In this document: positions 36,201 through 47,019 of the stretch, one piece after another
Layout of the letters: each line of letters starts with the position of its first letter
Numbering within the stretch: the stretch's first letter is position 1
Source of the DNA: Synechococcus sp. UW140
GTDB taxonomy: Bacteria > Pseudomonadota > Alphaproteobacteria > Sphingomonadales > Sphingomonadaceae
Reading direction: 5' to 3'
Assembly (NCBI GenBank): GCA_943368345.1
Contig: CALRKY020000011.1
Location: forward strand, 14,251 to 78,250
Length of the DNA: 64,000 nt
Translations under genes and position numbers: made by a program
Notes under the pieces: model-generated
What the model was told of the DNA's origin: nothing
Databases searched by the model: none
The model's input: only the letters and a program-made list of their open reading frames with translations

Positions 36201-38135
36201 CTAAATCTCGACCTGGCTGCCGAGTTCAACGACGCGGTTGGTCGGCAGTTTGAAAAACTCCATCGCCGATTCCGCGTTGCGCAACATCCAGGCGAACAGC
36301 TTCTCCCGCCAGATCGCCATGCCCGGTTTGTCGCTGGCAATCAGAGTCTGCCGCGCCAGGAAGAAACTCGTGTCCATCATCTTGAACTTTGGACCGCAAT
36401 TCTCGATCGACTTCAGCACCGCTGGGATGTCGGTTTCCATCATGAAGCCATAGCGGATGATCATCCGCCAGAATCCGCCACCAAGGTCGATCAGTTCAAC
36501 CCGGTCCTCGTCATCGACAAAGGGAACCTCGTCGATGACGACGGTGAGGACGATGATGCGCTGATGCAGGACCTTATTGTGTTTGAGATTGTGCAGCAGG
36601 GCGTGCGGCACCCCGTCACCGGTCGATGTCATGAACACCGCCGTCCCGGCAACCCGGGTGGTCGAGGCCGAGGATTTGATGAAAATCTCGATCGGCATCG
36701 CTGCCTCGCGCAGCCGCTGCATCATCAGGGCACGCCCCTTTGACCAGGTGGTCAGGAAGGTGAAGACAATGACCCCGACCAGCAGCGGGAACCAGCCGCC
36801 GTCCGGCACCTTGGTCAGGTTGGCGCTGAAATAGGCAATGTCGATGGCAAACAGGACGCACAGCAAAATCCCGGCCCCGGTGCGGTTCCACTTCCACAGA
36901 CTGAACAGCACCACCGCCAGCAGGCAGGTATCGATCAGCATCGCGCCTGACACCGCAATACCATAGGCCGCCGCCAGGTTTGATGAACTGCGGAAGGTGA
37001 CCACCAGCAGGATCACCATGACCATCAAAGCCCAGTTGACCACCGGGATATAGATTTGTCCGGCAGTCGACGCGCTCGTGTGCTGTATCCGCATCCGGGG
37101 CATGAAGCCCAGCTGGATCGCCTGCTGGGTGACCGAGAATGCGCCCGAAATCACCGCCTGGCTGGCGATGACGGTTGCCATGGTTGCAAGGATAACCAAC
37201 GGCAGCCGCAGCATTTCCGGTGCCAGGAAAAAGAACGGGTTCTTGATCGCGACGGCTTGCTCTGCCGGCGCCAGCGCAAGGATCATGGCGCCCTGCCCGA
37301 AATAGTTGAGGACGAGGGCCGGTAGCACAAAGAACAACCAGGCAGCACTGATCGGCCGTCGCCCGAAATGTCCCATGTCGGCGTACAGCGCCTCGGCACC
37401 GGTCACCGCCAGAACCACCGAACCGAGCGCCAGAAACGCAACCAGCGGGTCGAGTGCAAAAAATTGCACCGCATAAAGCGGGTTCAGGGCGGCAAAGATT
37501 TCCGGATGGGCCACAATATTCACGATGCCGAGCACGGCAAGAACCGTAAAATAGGTCAGCATGACCGGTCCGAACATCGCACCAACCAGCGCGGTCCCGC
37601 GCGACTGGATCATGAACAGGCCGATGAGGATAACGACAGCAATCGGCACGACCAGCGGCGCGAAGGCCGGTTGGACAACCGTCAATCCCTCGACCGCCGA
37701 CAAAACCGACATTGCCGGGGTGATCATCGAGTCGCCGTAGAACAGCGCCGTTGCAAACACCCCGAGCATCACGATTCCGGCCGTCCATTTCGTGCCGGTC
37801 CCGGAGCGGGAGATCAGGGCCAGCAGCGCCAGGCTGCCGCCCTCTCCCCGGTTGTCGGCCCGCATGATGATGCCGACATATTTGACCGTGACCACGATCA
37901 TCATTGACCAGAAAATCAGCGACAGCACGCCGTAGACGTGGGGCGCATCCACCGGCATCGGGTGATGTCCGGCAAAGGTTTCACGGAACGCATACAGCGG
38001 CGAGGTTCCAATATCCCCGAACACAATTCCGATCGCGCCAACCGCCAGCTTGGCAAAACCACCAGTCGGGGGATGTCCGACAGCCTTCTCCCGCGCGCTT
38101 GGCACGGTGGCAGTTTCGGTGGCGGGAGTGTTCAT
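36201..38135 (-). CDS. kup: Potassium uptake protein Kup (KUP/HAK/KT family)
   Basis: [17 protein letters not shown] hallmark, about 12 TM spans plus a cytoplasmic C-terminal domain. Start taken at ATG 38135. Confidence 0.92.
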   Translation of the reverse strand: MNTPATETATVPSAREKAVGHPPTGGFAKLAVGAIGIVFGDIGTSPLYAFRETFAGHHPMPVDAPHVYGVLSLIFWSMMIVVTVKYVGIIMRADNRGEGGSLALLALISRSGTGTKWTAGIVMLGVFATALFYGDSMITPAMSVLSAVEGLTVVQPAFAPLVVPIAVVILIGLFMIQSRGTALVGAMFGPVMLTYFTVLAVLGIVNIVAHPEIFAALNPLYAVQFFALDPLVAFLALGSVVLAVTGAEALYADMGHFGRRPISAAWLFFVLPALVLNYFGQGAMILALAPAEQAVAIKNPFFFLAPEMLRLPLVILATMATVIASQAVISGAFSVTQQAIQLGFMPRMRIQHTSASTAGQIYIPVVNWALMVMVILLVVTFRSSSNLAAAYGIAVSGAMLIDTCLLAVVLFSLWKWNRTGAGILLCVLFAIDIAYFSANLTKVPDGGWFPLLVGVIVFTFLTTWSKGRALMMQRLREAAMPIEIFIKSSASTTRVAGTAVFMTSTGDGVPHALLHNLKHNKVLHQRIIVLTVVIDEVPFVDDEDRVELIDLGGGFWRMIIRYGFMMETDIPAVLKSIENCGPKFKMMDTSFFLARQTLIASDKPGMAIWREKLFAWMLRNAESAMEFFKLPTNRVVELGSQVEI

Positions 38136-38299
38136 ATGTTGGGAGCGCTCGTCAGACCAAGGCGGAAACAGTCGGATTCCAAAAGGCGTCGCGTCAGCGG
38201 CGGGCGGCGTTAGCATAGCCACAGTTGCTCCGCAACAGCGGGACAAGCCAGACTTGGCTCGCTATAAGGACCCATCAACTTTGAGTCCGGAGTTCTTCT

Positions 38300-39397
38300 A
38301 TGCGCGTTGGCATCCCCAAAGAGATCAAGGTTCATGAGTATCGTGTTGGACTCACACCGCCGGCGGTCGCCGAACTGACCGCGCAAGGCCACGAGGTGAT
38401 TGTGGAAACCGGTGCCGGACTCGGGATCGACTTTGAGGACTCGGACTATGTCGAGGCGGGTGCGCGCATTGTCGCCGCGCCGCAGGATGTTTTCGGTGCC
38501 GCCGACATGATCGTGAAGGTCAAGGAACCGCAGCTGCACGAATGCGCCTGGCTGCGGGCGCATCATACCTTGTTCACCTATCTGCATCTGGCGGCGGACA
38601 AGCCGCAGGCCGAAGCGCTGATGAAATCAGGGGCCACCTGCATTGCCTATGAAACGGTGACCGATTCGCGCGGTGGCCTGCCGCTGCTGCGCCCGATGTC
38701 CGAAGTTGCCGGCCGGATGTCGGTGCAGGTCGGAGCGCATTATCTGGAAAAGGAACAGGGCGGACGCGGCATATTGCTCGGCGGCGTTCCGGGCGTGGCC
38801 CCAGGCCGGGTTGCAATCTTGGGTGGCGGTGTTTCAGGCATCAACGCGGCGCAGATGGCCGTCGGCCTCCGGGCGGATGTGACCATCTATGACATTTCAA
38901 CCGCTCGGCTGGCTGAAATTGACCAGATGTTCGAAGGCCGGGTCAAAACCGCCTTTTCGTCAAAGGCCGCCATCGAGGCAGCCATAGCGCGGGCGCATCT
39001 GGTGATCGGCGCTGTCCTGATTCCCGGTGCTGCGGCCCCAAAACTGGTCACCCGCGACATGCTGAAATTGATGAAGCGCGGCACCGTTCTGGTCGATATC
39101 GCCATTGATCAGGGCGGCTGTTTTGAAACCAGCCACGCAACGACCCATCAGGATCCGGTCTATGTCGTTGACGGCATCATCCATTATTGTGTGGCGAACA
39201 TGCCGGGGGCGGTGGCGCGCACATCGACCTTTGCGCTGAACAATGCGACGCTACCATTCGCGCTGCGGCTGGCCAATCTCGGTGCGGATGCGGCGATGAG
39301 CGCTGATCCGCATCTTGCCATGGGCCTCAACGTCGCCGCCGGAGCCATCCGCCACCGGGCGGTCGCCGAAGCGCTGGATTTACCGTTTGCGGGCTGA
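38300..39397 (+). CDS. ald: Alanine dehydrogenase
   Basis: [20 protein letters not shown] and the NAD loop [12 protein letters not shown]. 365 aa. Confidence 0.92.
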   Translation: MRVGIPKEIKVHEYRVGLTPPAVAELTAQGHEVIVETGAGLGIDFEDSDYVEAGARIVAAPQDVFGAADMIVKVKEPQLHECAWLRAHHTLFTYLHLAADKPQAEALMKSGATCIAYETVTDSRGGLPLLRPMSEVAGRMSVQVGAHYLEKEQGGRGILLGGVPGVAPGRVAILGGGVSGINAAQMAVGLRADVTIYDISTARLAEIDQMFEGRVKTAFSSKAAIEAAIARAHLVIGAVLIPGAAAPKLVTRDMLKLMKRGTVLVDIAIDQGGCFETSHATTHQDPVYVVDGIIHYCVANMPGAVARTSTFALNNATLPFALRLANLGADAAMSADPHLAMGLNVAAGAIRHRAVAEALDLPFAG

Positions 39398-39451
39398 CAT
39401 TAACCAAGGCGAGAGGTTGCCCGGGGCGGCGGGCTCCGCCATCAGGGGGCT

Positions 39452-40777
39452 ATGACCGCCAAGCTGCCCAGCCGGGACTTTTCGCTCGTCTTCATGGTGC
39501 TGCTGGTGACGGCGGCCGGGAATACCGCGTTGCAATCGGTCCTGCCCGCCGCCGGACGCGAGATCGGCATTCCCGACATGCTGATTGCGATCATCTTCAG
39601 CTTTTCAGCAGCGCTTTGGACAGTGTCCGCCCCCTTCTGGGCGCGGCAGTCGGACTTGCGGGGGCGCAAGACCTTGATGCTGGTCGGGGTCGGCGGCTTT
39701 GGGGTTTCGATGCTGCTGTGTGCGCTGGTCATCCGTGCCGGGCTCGACAATTTGATCCCCGCCGTCGCGGTATTCGCGCTGTTTGCCAGCGCCCGCATGA
39801 TTTTTGGGCTGTTCGGCTCAGCCTCCAACCCGGCAGCGCAGGCCTATGTTGCCAGCCACACCAGCGAGGAGGAGCGCACCAACGGCGTCGCCACCCTGTC
39901 CTCGGCCTTCGGGCTTGGCACCATTCTCGGCCCCGCCGTCGCCCCGTTCTTCGTGCTGCCGTTCATCGGGCTGTCGGGGCCGATGTTCGCCTTTTCGTTC
40001 ATCGCCCTCGCGGTGGCTGTCGCGGTGGCGCGGTTCCTGCCCGATGACAATCCGGCACGGCGCGCCGGTGGCGGTGCCGCCGCCTCTGAACCGACCGTCG
40101 GCGGTGCGCCGACCGGGGCGAGCGCCATCGCCGCCGGTGCAGTGGCGCGCAGCGGGCGCAAGCCGCGCCTGTCCTGGCGCGACCCCCGCATCAAGCCGTT
40201 CATGATCTACGGTTTTGTATCCGGCAGCATTCAGGCTGCGACCGGACAGGCGCTGGGGTTTTTGATCATCGACCATTTCGGCGGGCAGGCGTCCAGCGCG
40301 CAGCGGTTCATCGGCATCGCGCTGATGGCCGGGGCAGCTGCGACCCTGCTGGCGCAATGGGGGTTGATCCGCATCCTGCACATGACGCCAAAGTCGCTGA
40401 TGCGCTGGGGCACCGCGCTCGCCAGCATCGGGACGCTCGGCATCGCTGTCGCGCCTGACTATTATGGCATAGTCGTCGCTTACGCGCTCACCAGCCTTGG
40501 CTACGGTTTTGCCCGACCGGGGTTCACCGCCGGGGCATCTCTGGCTGTGGAGGATGAGGAGCAAGGCTCCGTCGCCGGAGCGATCACCGCGATCAACGGC
40601 AGCTGTTTCGTGCTGTCCCCAGCCATCGGCATCGGCTTGTACGAACTGTCGCGGCCCTCCCCCTATCTCGCTGGCGGCATCGCACTCGCCGTCCTGCTCG
40701 CCTACACATGGCAGAACCGCCAACTCCGCACCGCCACACCGCACGTCCATCCGCGTGATGAGGTGGACGTGTCCTAA
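39452..40777 (+). CDS. MFS transporter
   Basis: 441 aa with about 12 hydrophobic spans and an MFS loop motif (WARQSDLRGRK). AGGGGG RBS. Confidence 0.8.
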   Translation: MTAKLPSRDFSLVFMVLLVTAAGNTALQSVLPAAGREIGIPDMLIAIIFSFSAALWTVSAPFWARQSDLRGRKTLMLVGVGGFGVSMLLCALVIRAGLDNLIPAVAVFALFASARMIFGLFGSASNPAAQAYVASHTSEEERTNGVATLSSAFGLGTILGPAVAPFFVLPFIGLSGPMFAFSFIALAVAVAVARFLPDDNPARRAGGGAAASEPTVGGAPTGASAIAAGAVARSGRKPRLSWRDPRIKPFMIYGFVSGSIQAATGQALGFLIIDHFGGQASSAQRFIGIALMAGAAATLLAQWGLIRILHMTPKSLMRWGTALASIGTLGIAVAPDYYGIVVAYALTSLGYGFARPGFTAGASLAVEDEEQGSVAGAITAINGSCFVLSPAIGIGLYELSRPSPYLAGGIALAVLLAYTWQNRQLRTATPHVHPRDEVDVS

Positions 40778-40847
40778 TTCCGACAGGCTTCCCTTCGCCG
40801 CGCCAATCCGCTTCTATGCGCACAACGAATGACGCCTTGGGGAGTAG

Positions 40848-42590
40848 ATGATGACCAATGCCGCTGCCGCGCCGAATTGGCCGGCGATGTCGATTGCGCA
40901 AGCCCATGCCCTGCTGACGGCACCGGGGGCTCCGTTCGAGATGGAGGAGGTGGTCATCCGTGGGGTTCCGACCCGGACATGGAAGAACGCCCCCCCGACG
41001 CTCCGCGATGTATTTCTCGCCGGGCGGGCGCATGGCAGCCGCATCTTCATCGTGCACGAGGATGAGCGCGTCAGTTTCGAGGCGTTTTCGCGGGCCACCC
41101 TGGCCTTTGCGGCCCGGTTGGCCACGGACGGGGTCAAGAAGGGTGACCGGGTGGCGGTCGTCATGCGCAACCTGCCGGAATGGCCGGTGGCCTTTTTTGC
41201 GGCGCAGTTGCTCGGCGCGATTGTCACACCACTCAACGCCTGGTGGACCGGGGAGGAGCTGGAATATGGCCTGACCGATTCGAGCGCCAAGATACTCTGT
41301 GTCGATGCCGAACGCCTCGCCAGGTTGGAAGCGCATCTTGGCAATTGTCCGGCATTGGCCCGGATCTACGTCACTCGCGCCACCGATGACATTGCGCATC
41401 CGCTGATCACCCGGCTCGATTCGGTCATCGGAACCCCGAATAGCTGGGCCGACCTGCCGGAGGGGACGGTCCCCGTCGTTGATTTGCTGCCTGAGGACGA
41501 AGCCACAATCTTCTACACCTCGGGTACCACGGGCCGACCCAAGGGCGCGCTCGGCACGCACCGCAACATCGTGTCGAACATCATGGCGTCGGCAATTTCC
41601 TCGGCAAGGTCTTATCTGCGGCGCGGGGAAATGCCGCCTGCACCCGACCCGACCGGCCCGCAGAAGGCGACCCTGCTGTCGGTGCCGTTCTTCCATGCCA
41701 CCGGCTGTCACGCGGTGCTGTCGCCATCGCTGTTCGCGGGTGCAAAACTGGTGCTGATGCGCAAGTTTGAGGCCGAACCGGCGATGGCGCTGATCGAGCG
41801 GGAGAAGATCACCGGGGCCGGCGGCGTTCCAACCATTGCCTGGCAGTTGCTCGAGCATCCCAACCGCCACAAATATGACCTGTCGAGTCTGGAGGCAGTG
41901 TCCTATGGCGGCGCGCCGTCGGCGTCCGAACTGGTCCGCAAGATCAAGGAAGTCTGGCCGAACGCCATGCCCGGCAACGGCTGGGGCATGACCGAGACCA
42001 GCGCCACCTTCACCCATCATATGGCGGAGGATTATCTCGCCCGCCCGACCAGCTGTGGACCAGCCGTCCCGGTTTGCGACCTGAAAGTCGTCGATGTGGC
42101 AACCGGCGCCGACCTGCCGCAGGGGGAAACCGGTGAGCTGTGGGGCAAGGGGCCGAATGTCGTCGTCGGCTATTGGAACAAGCCGGAGGCCACCGCATCG
42201 GCCTTCACCGATGGCTGGGTCCATACCGGCGATCTGGCGCGCATCGACGAGGAGGGGTTTTGCTTCATCATCGACCGGGCCAAGGATATGCTGATCCGCG
42301 GCGGCGAGAACATCTATTGCATTGAGGTGGAGAACTGCCTGTACGACCACCCAGCGGTGATGGACGCGGCACTTGTCGGCATCCCGCACAGGACGCTTGG
42401 CGAGGAACCGGGCGCCGTCGTCACCCTGAAGCCCGAAACCGATGCGACCGAACAAGAACTCCGCGCCCATGTCGCGGCGCATCTGGCGTCGTTCAAGGTA
42501 CCGGTGAAGGTGATCATCCAGCGCGAGACCCTGCCGCGAAACGCCAATGGCAAGATCGTCAAGAGCGAGTTGAAGAAGCTGTTTGTTTGA
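40848..42590 (+). CDS. Class I adenylate-forming enzyme (acyl-CoA synthetase / AMP-dependent ligase)
   Basis: AMP-binding motif YTSGTTGRPKGA, TGDLARIDEEGF, and C-terminal PRNANGKI. Confidence 0.88.
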   Translation: MMTNAAAAPNWPAMSIAQAHALLTAPGAPFEMEEVVIRGVPTRTWKNAPPTLRDVFLAGRAHGSRIFIVHEDERVSFEAFSRATLAFAARLATDGVKKGDRVAVVMRNLPEWPVAFFAAQLLGAIVTPLNAWWTGEELEYGLTDSSAKILCVDAERLARLEAHLGNCPALARIYVTRATDDIAHPLITRLDSVIGTPNSWADLPEGTVPVVDLLPEDEATIFYTSGTTGRPKGALGTHRNIVSNIMASAISSARSYLRRGEMPPAPDPTGPQKATLLSVPFFHATGCHAVLSPSLFAGAKLVLMRKFEAEPAMALIEREKITGAGGVPTIAWQLLEHPNRHKYDLSSLEAVSYGGAPSASELVRKIKEVWPNAMPGNGWGMTETSATFTHHMAEDYLARPTSCGPAVPVCDLKVVDVATGADLPQGETGELWGKGPNVVVGYWNKPEATASAFTDGWVHTGDLARIDEEGFCFIIDRAKDMLIRGGENIYCIEVENCLYDHPAVMDAALVGIPHRTLGEEPGAVVTLKPETDATEQELRAHVAAHLASFKVPVKVIIQRETLPRNANGKIVKSELKKLFV

Positions 42591-42594
42591 CAAC

Positions 42595-42619
42595 CTCCCC
42601 GCCCTTGCAGGGCGGGGAG
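42595..42619. terminator. Bidirectional hairpin between convergent acyl-CoA synthetase and FMO genes
   Basis: ctccccgccc-ttgca-gggcggggag, a 10-bp perfect stem with no strong U-tract. Confidence 0.5.
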
Positions 42620-42623
42620 ATGG

Positions 42624-43922
42624 CTACTTCACCCGCTTCGCGCCCGCCGCCAGTTCGCGCTGTACGTCGCGGGCGTAGACGTCAAAATCGACCTGCATGC
42701 GGTGGCGGGGCGAGTCGTAATAATGGCCCTGATGCAGCGCTTCATCGGCAGTGATGGTCCGGGCCATCACCTCGGGCGGTGGCAGCGCATAGGTGCCAGT
42801 GAGCCATGCCGCCAGCAGCTTCGACTGCTGTTCGGCAAAATTCACCAGCGTTGGCAGTGACTGGGCCAAGCCCATGAACCACAGATTGGGAATCTCCGGG
42901 CGCACCATGCGTTTGTAGAGCGCGATATGGTTGTCCTTCACCGGCGCCAGTTCACCTGACAGGAAGGGAAAGTGGGTGCGGTACCCGGTCGCGTAGACGA
43001 TGACGTCTACAGGTTCCTCGCTGCCATCGGTGAACGCCACCCGATCGCCGCGAAATTCGGCGATATTGGGTTTGACGGTGATGTCCCCCGATCCGCAGCG
43101 CATCAGAAACTCGCCTGAGACCGTCGGATGCGCCTCCAGCGGTTGGTGGTCCGGCGTTGGCAGGCCATAATCCTCCATGCGTCCAACGGCGCGGATGACA
43201 GCCCCGCGCGCCAGCCGCCGTTTCAGCCAGCCCGGCAGCCAGGGCGGCAGCGCCACCTTGTCGGAAGGCTGGCCCTTAAAATATTTGGGCAGCACCCAGA
43301 CACCGCGCCGCGCCGCCACGAATAGTTTTGCCGCAATCGGACGTTGCCCAAGCTCCGACGCCACATCGACGGCACTGTTGCCGAGACCGACGACGACGAC
43401 GCGTTTTCCAACCATATCGATCGGGTCAAATGGCGTGCGGTAGTCATGCGCATGGAGCTGAGCCCCATTGAATTGGCCCGGATAGTCGGGAGTATTCGGC
43501 GACCAGTGATGGCCGTTGGCGACGACCAGCGTGTCGTAGCGCTTGGTCTCTCCGGTCGACAGGGTCACGTCCCAGGTCCCGCCCCCCCGACGCACGCACT
43601 GCTCAACACCGGTGTTGAACCGGATGCGTTCCCGCAGCCCGAAATGGTCGACATAGGCGTTGAAATAGCCGTCGATCAGCGAATGGTGGGGAAAGTCCGG
43701 CCAGCCGTCCGGCACCGGATAATCCTCGAACGCCAGCCGCCATTTCGAGGTGTCGATGTGCAGCGACTGATAGCAGGCGCTCATGCCGTTCGGGTTGCGA
43801 TAGGCCCAGTTGCCGCCAACCCGGTCGGATTTCTCGTAAATGTCGAACGGCAGGCCGTGATCCTGAAGGCGCTTCGCCGTGGTGAAGCCTGAACAGCCGG
43901 CGCCAATGATGCATGTGGTCAT
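42624..43922 (-). CDS. Flavin-containing monooxygenase (class B, FMO type)
   Basis: FAD loop IIGAGCSGF, FMO-identifying motif FNGAQLHAHDY (FxGxxxHxxxY) and NADPH loop VVGLGNSAVD. Confidence 0.85.
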   Translation of the reverse strand: MTTCIIGAGCSGFTTAKRLQDHGLPFDIYEKSDRVGGNWAYRNPNGMSACYQSLHIDTSKWRLAFEDYPVPDGWPDFPHHSLIDGYFNAYVDHFGLRERIRFNTGVEQCVRRGGGTWDVTLSTGETKRYDTLVVANGHHWSPNTPDYPGQFNGAQLHAHDYRTPFDPIDMVGKRVVVVGLGNSAVDVASELGQRPIAAKLFVAARRGVWVLPKYFKGQPSDKVALPPWLPGWLKRRLARGAVIRAVGRMEDYGLPTPDHQPLEAHPTVSGEFLMRCGSGDITVKPNIAEFRGDRVAFTDGSEEPVDVIVYATGYRTHFPFLSGELAPVKDNHIALYKRMVRPEIPNLWFMGLAQSLPTLVNFAEQQSKLLAAWLTGTYALPPPEVMARTITADEALHQGHYYDSPRHRMQVDFDVYARDVQRELAAGAKRVK

Positions 43923-43970
43923 TCGCGCAGGCTGGCGCTGCCGTCGTTGCGGGTCAAGCAGGTGAAATGA

Positions 43971-44420
43971 TCAGCGGTCCGGCGCGTCGTCGAGCGCCAT
44001 CCGCAGTTTGCGCAGCAACGGATAGGCAGCCTCGATGTCGGTGGTCGGCACATCGGCAAACACCTCCCCCATCGACGGGGTCAGATCGGCGAGCGCCGCG
44101 TCCCGGGCCGCGAGACCCGCCGCCGTTGGCCGCACGATCTTGCCGCGACCATCGGCGGGGTCCGGGGTCAGGGCGACAAAGCCCAGCGCCTCCAGCCGCT
44201 GCAGGGTGTTGGTGAGCGCCCCCTTTGACAGCTGGAAGGCCCGGGCAAGCTTGGTCGGCGTCGATTCGGCCAGATTCTGCCGCGCGAAATGATGCAGCAC
44301 GGTAAACTGCGCCTCATTGAGGCCACCGGGCCGGGTCCGTTCAAACCGGGCACTGAGCAGTTGTGAGGCAATGCCAACCTCGGTCAGCGTCGCCAGCAGC
44401 ATGAAATCGCGGGGCGTCAT
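43971..44420 (-). CDS. MarR-family transcriptional regulator
   Basis: 149 aa with a wHTH region (LARAFQLSKGALTNTLQRLEALGFV). There is a 4-nt overlap with the upstream gene. Confidence 0.85.
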   Translation of the reverse strand: MTPRDFMLLATLTEVGIASQLLSARFERTRPGGLNEAQFTVLHHFARQNLAESTPTKLARAFQLSKGALTNTLQRLEALGFVALTPDPADGRGKIVRPTAAGLAARDAALADLTPSMGEVFADVPTTDIEAAYPLLRKLRMALDDAPDR

Positions 44421-45568
44421 GCGGCAAGGATCGGTGCAAGGCCCCGGCGCGGCGCGGGCGGGACCGGGTCGGCATAACCCAGCCGGACCAGCATCTGCAC
44501 CCGCCCCGGCGGCGCGACGCCCAGTTCCTGTTCAATCTTCGGGAGGATCGCCGCCATTTCCGGATATTCCTGCAAGCCCTGGCTCATCGGTTGTACCGCC
44601 AGCCCTTCCCGGACCGCAAGCAGCGCCATATGCAGATAGGCGCGACCGGCCTCAATCTGGTCGGTCCGACTGTTGGTCGCCGTCGACAGCCAGGCAAAGG
44701 CCATTGAACTATCAGCCCACGGCTGGCCGGCGCTGCGGAACTGGCCAAAGGCGATGCTGTCGCGATCCAGGAATTTTTCGCGGGTGACCAGTCCAACAGC
44801 GTTGCCAATCTCGATCATCGTGCCCGACAGCAGCAGCCCGTCGCGGGCGGCAGCGATTTCCGCGTCACCGATCCGGGTGTTGACGACATTCTCGTGGTGT
44901 GGGGCAGGCGCATCGGTCTCGGCCAGAAAGGCTGTGGCGGTCAGCGCGCGCAACCGGTCGCGCTGGGCCGGATCGGCGCTGGCACCGGCTTTGACCAATG
45001 GCCGTTCCGCCGTCACCAGCGCGCTGAGGGCCGCCGCGGTTGGGGTCCGGGTGGCATCATAGACCGTCCGGTTGGTGCGGCGGGCCAACACATACCGGAA
45101 CAGGGCATGGGGTTTCACGGCCGCATCCCGCACAAATCGCACCGTCCCAATCGGGCGGGAATCGAGCCGGGGTTGCGGTTCACCCTCCGGCCACAGGGTC
45201 GCTTCAGCCCGCCAGCCCTTCTCCGCCGCCGCGATGGCCAGCAGTTCCAGAAATGCGCCGCAACCGACGGTGATCTGCCGGTTGAACGGATCGGTCGCAG
45301 GTAACATCCGGGTTAGATCGGGCCGCAGGATCAGCTGGTCATCGCCGACCAGCTGCACCAGCCACGGCTGCTTGTTGTGCGGATTGGGGGTCAGGATCGC
45401 ATGCGCCAAGGCCCAGCGCCGGATGTCGGTCTCGCCCTTGCCCGGATCGCGCCAAGCCGCCGCCACATCCGGCCCGTCGGCACATCCCCCCAACAATGCC
45501 AAAACCGGCACCGCCGCCGTCATCCCCAACATCTCACGTCGCGTCGGCATGGCTGGCCTTTCATTCAA
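44417..45568 (-). CDS. Tat-exported nitroreductase-fold protein (Acg-like)
   Basis: Twin-arginine signal PTRREMLGMTAAVPVLALLGGCA. It has the length of a tandem nitroreductase-like domain pair. The family name is from recollection. Confidence 0.6.
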   Translation of the reverse strand: MNERPAMPTRREMLGMTAAVPVLALLGGCADGPDVAAAWRDPGKGETDIRRWALAHAILTPNPHNKQPWLVQLVGDDQLILRPDLTRMLPATDPFNRQITVGCGAFLELLAIAAAEKGWRAEATLWPEGEPQPRLDSRPIGTVRFVRDAAVKPHALFRYVLARRTNRTVYDATRTPTAAALSALVTAERPLVKAGASADPAQRDRLRALTATAFLAETDAPAPHHENVVNTRIGDAEIAAARDGLLLSGTMIEIGNAVGLVTREKFLDRDSIAFGQFRSAGQPWADSSMAFAWLSTATNSRTDQIEAGRAYLHMALLAVREGLAVQPMSQGLQEYPEMAAILPKIEQELGVAPPGRVQMLVRLGYADPVPPAPRRGLAPILAA

Positions 45569-45645
45569 TAATAAACCGAATTTAGTTTAACATTGAATTA
45601 GTGTCAAGATCAGGACCAGCCGGCAGTGGTTGACCGAACCCGTCG

Positions 45646-45728
45646 CCGCTCATCCCGAGCGAAGTCGAGGGACGCACGATCCTCGCCACCGGGACTGTGG
45701 GTCCTTCGACTTCGTTCAGGAAGAGCGG
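45646..45728. repeat. Imperfect 28-nt inverted repeat element (REP/MITE-like; ccgctcatcccgagcgaagtcgagggac ... gtccttcgacttcgttcaggaagagcgg)
   Basis: The arms at 45646-45673 and 45701-45728 were read directly. The left-arm start recurs at about 19893 (ccgctcatcctgagcg). Confidence 0.7.
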
Positions 45729-45763
45729 GAAATGGCGCAGCTTCGAGTGACGCAGAATTGGCG

Positions 45764-46891
45764 TTAGGTGACCTTCAACCGCTCATATCGCCGCAGATGG
45801 TGATCGACCGAGCCGAACTGGCCTTCGATCATCGTGGCGCGTTTGAAATAATGGCCGACCGCCAGCTCGTCGGTCATGCCCATGCCGCCGTGGATCTGGA
45901 TGGCAGACTGGCCGACGAATTTGCAGGCCTTGCCGACGCGGGATTTGGCGGCTGACACGGCGGCCATGCGCTCTGCTGGGTCGGCATCGAGGTGAAGGGT
46001 CGCCATCAGGGTCATGCTGACCGACTGTTCAACCTCAAGGAACATGTCGACCATCCGGTGCTGGAGGACCTGAAATTCCGAAATCGCCTTGCCGAACTGC
46101 TTGCGCTGTTTGGCATAGTCCATTGTCTGGGCGTGGATTTGCCGGGTGATACCGACGGCTTCCGAGCAAATGGCAGTGGTTGCTTCGTCGATGATCTGTT
46201 CGATCAGCGGCAGCGCGCCGCCTTCGGCCCCAACCAGTGCGTCGCTGGGGATGCTGGCGTTATCAAAGGTAATTTCCGATGCACGCCCACCGTCGATGGT
46301 CGGATAATCGCGGGTTGAAACGCCGCTGGTTGCCTTGTCGATCAGGAACAGCGACACGCCGCCTGCCTCGGTCTGGCTGCCACCGGTGCGGGCAGTGACC
46401 AGCAGATGGGTGGCAAATGGTGCGTCGCGGACGACAGCCTTGTGCCCGTTCAGGACATAGCCGCTGCCCGATTTGGTCGCGGTGGTTTTCAGATTGGCCC
46501 AGTCATAGCGGCCCTGTGGTTCGGCATAGGCAAAGGCGATGATCACCTCTCCGGCGATGATGCCGCCAATCACATCGTCGCGCCCGCCGCTGTGTTTCAG
46601 GGCGCCGCCGCCGATCACCACGGTGGACAGATAGGGTTCAAGCACCAGCTTGCTGCCGAGTTCCTCCATCACAATCATATTGTCGACCACGCCGCCGCCA
46701 AGGCCGCCCTGACTTTCCGAAAAGGATGCGCCGAGGATGCCGAGTTCTTCGGCAAAGGCCTTCCACGTATCCGCCGACCAGCCGTCCTTGAGGCTGATCT
46801 TCATGCGGGTGTCATGGTCGTAGCGGTCCAGCAGGTAACGCTGCAACGTGTCGCGCAGCATGGTCTGGGTGTCGTTGAGGCTGAAGTCCAT
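45764..46891 (-). CDS. Acyl-CoA dehydrogenase family protein
   Basis: 375 aa, with a C-terminal IQIHGGMGMTDELAVGHYFKR typical of ACADs. Confidence 0.85.
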   Translation of the reverse strand: MDFSLNDTQTMLRDTLQRYLLDRYDHDTRMKISLKDGWSADTWKAFAEELGILGASFSESQGGLGGGVVDNMIVMEELGSKLVLEPYLSTVVIGGGALKHSGGRDDVIGGIIAGEVIIAFAYAEPQGRYDWANLKTTATKSGSGYVLNGHKAVVRDAPFATHLLVTARTGGSQTEAGGVSLFLIDKATSGVSTRDYPTIDGGRASEITFDNASIPSDALVGAEGGALPLIEQIIDEATTAICSEAVGITRQIHAQTMDYAKQRKQFGKAISEFQVLQHRMVDMFLEVEQSVSMTLMATLHLDADPAERMAAVSAAKSRVGKACKFVGQSAIQIHGGMGMTDELAVGHYFKRATMIEGQFGSVDHHLRRYERLKVT

Positions 46892-46904
46892 TTCATCTCC
46901 TTTC

Positions 46905-47019
46905 CCCCTCCCCTTGAGGGAGAGGGGTGGCGCGAAGCGCCGGGGTGAGGGGGCTCGGGCACTGTCCCCTCACCCCGCTCGCTTGGCAGCGAGTCGCCCT
47001 CTCCCTCACGGGGAGAGGG
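46905..47019. repeat. Array of five consecutive GC-rich hairpins filling the gap between the two ACAD genes
   Basis: Hairpins read directly at 46905-27, 46929-41 (ggcgc-gaa-gcgcc), 46942-76 (ggggtgagggg/cccctcacccc, 11 bp perfect), 46977-94 and 46997-47019 (ccctctccc/gggagaggg). Confidence 0.75.

Noticed and set aside
40593-42593. 666-aa minus-strand ORF opposite the acyl-CoA synthetase
   Set aside because: It is antisense to a gene with canonical AMP-binding motifs. Its translation is extremely Arg/Gly-rich, so it is a shadow ORF.
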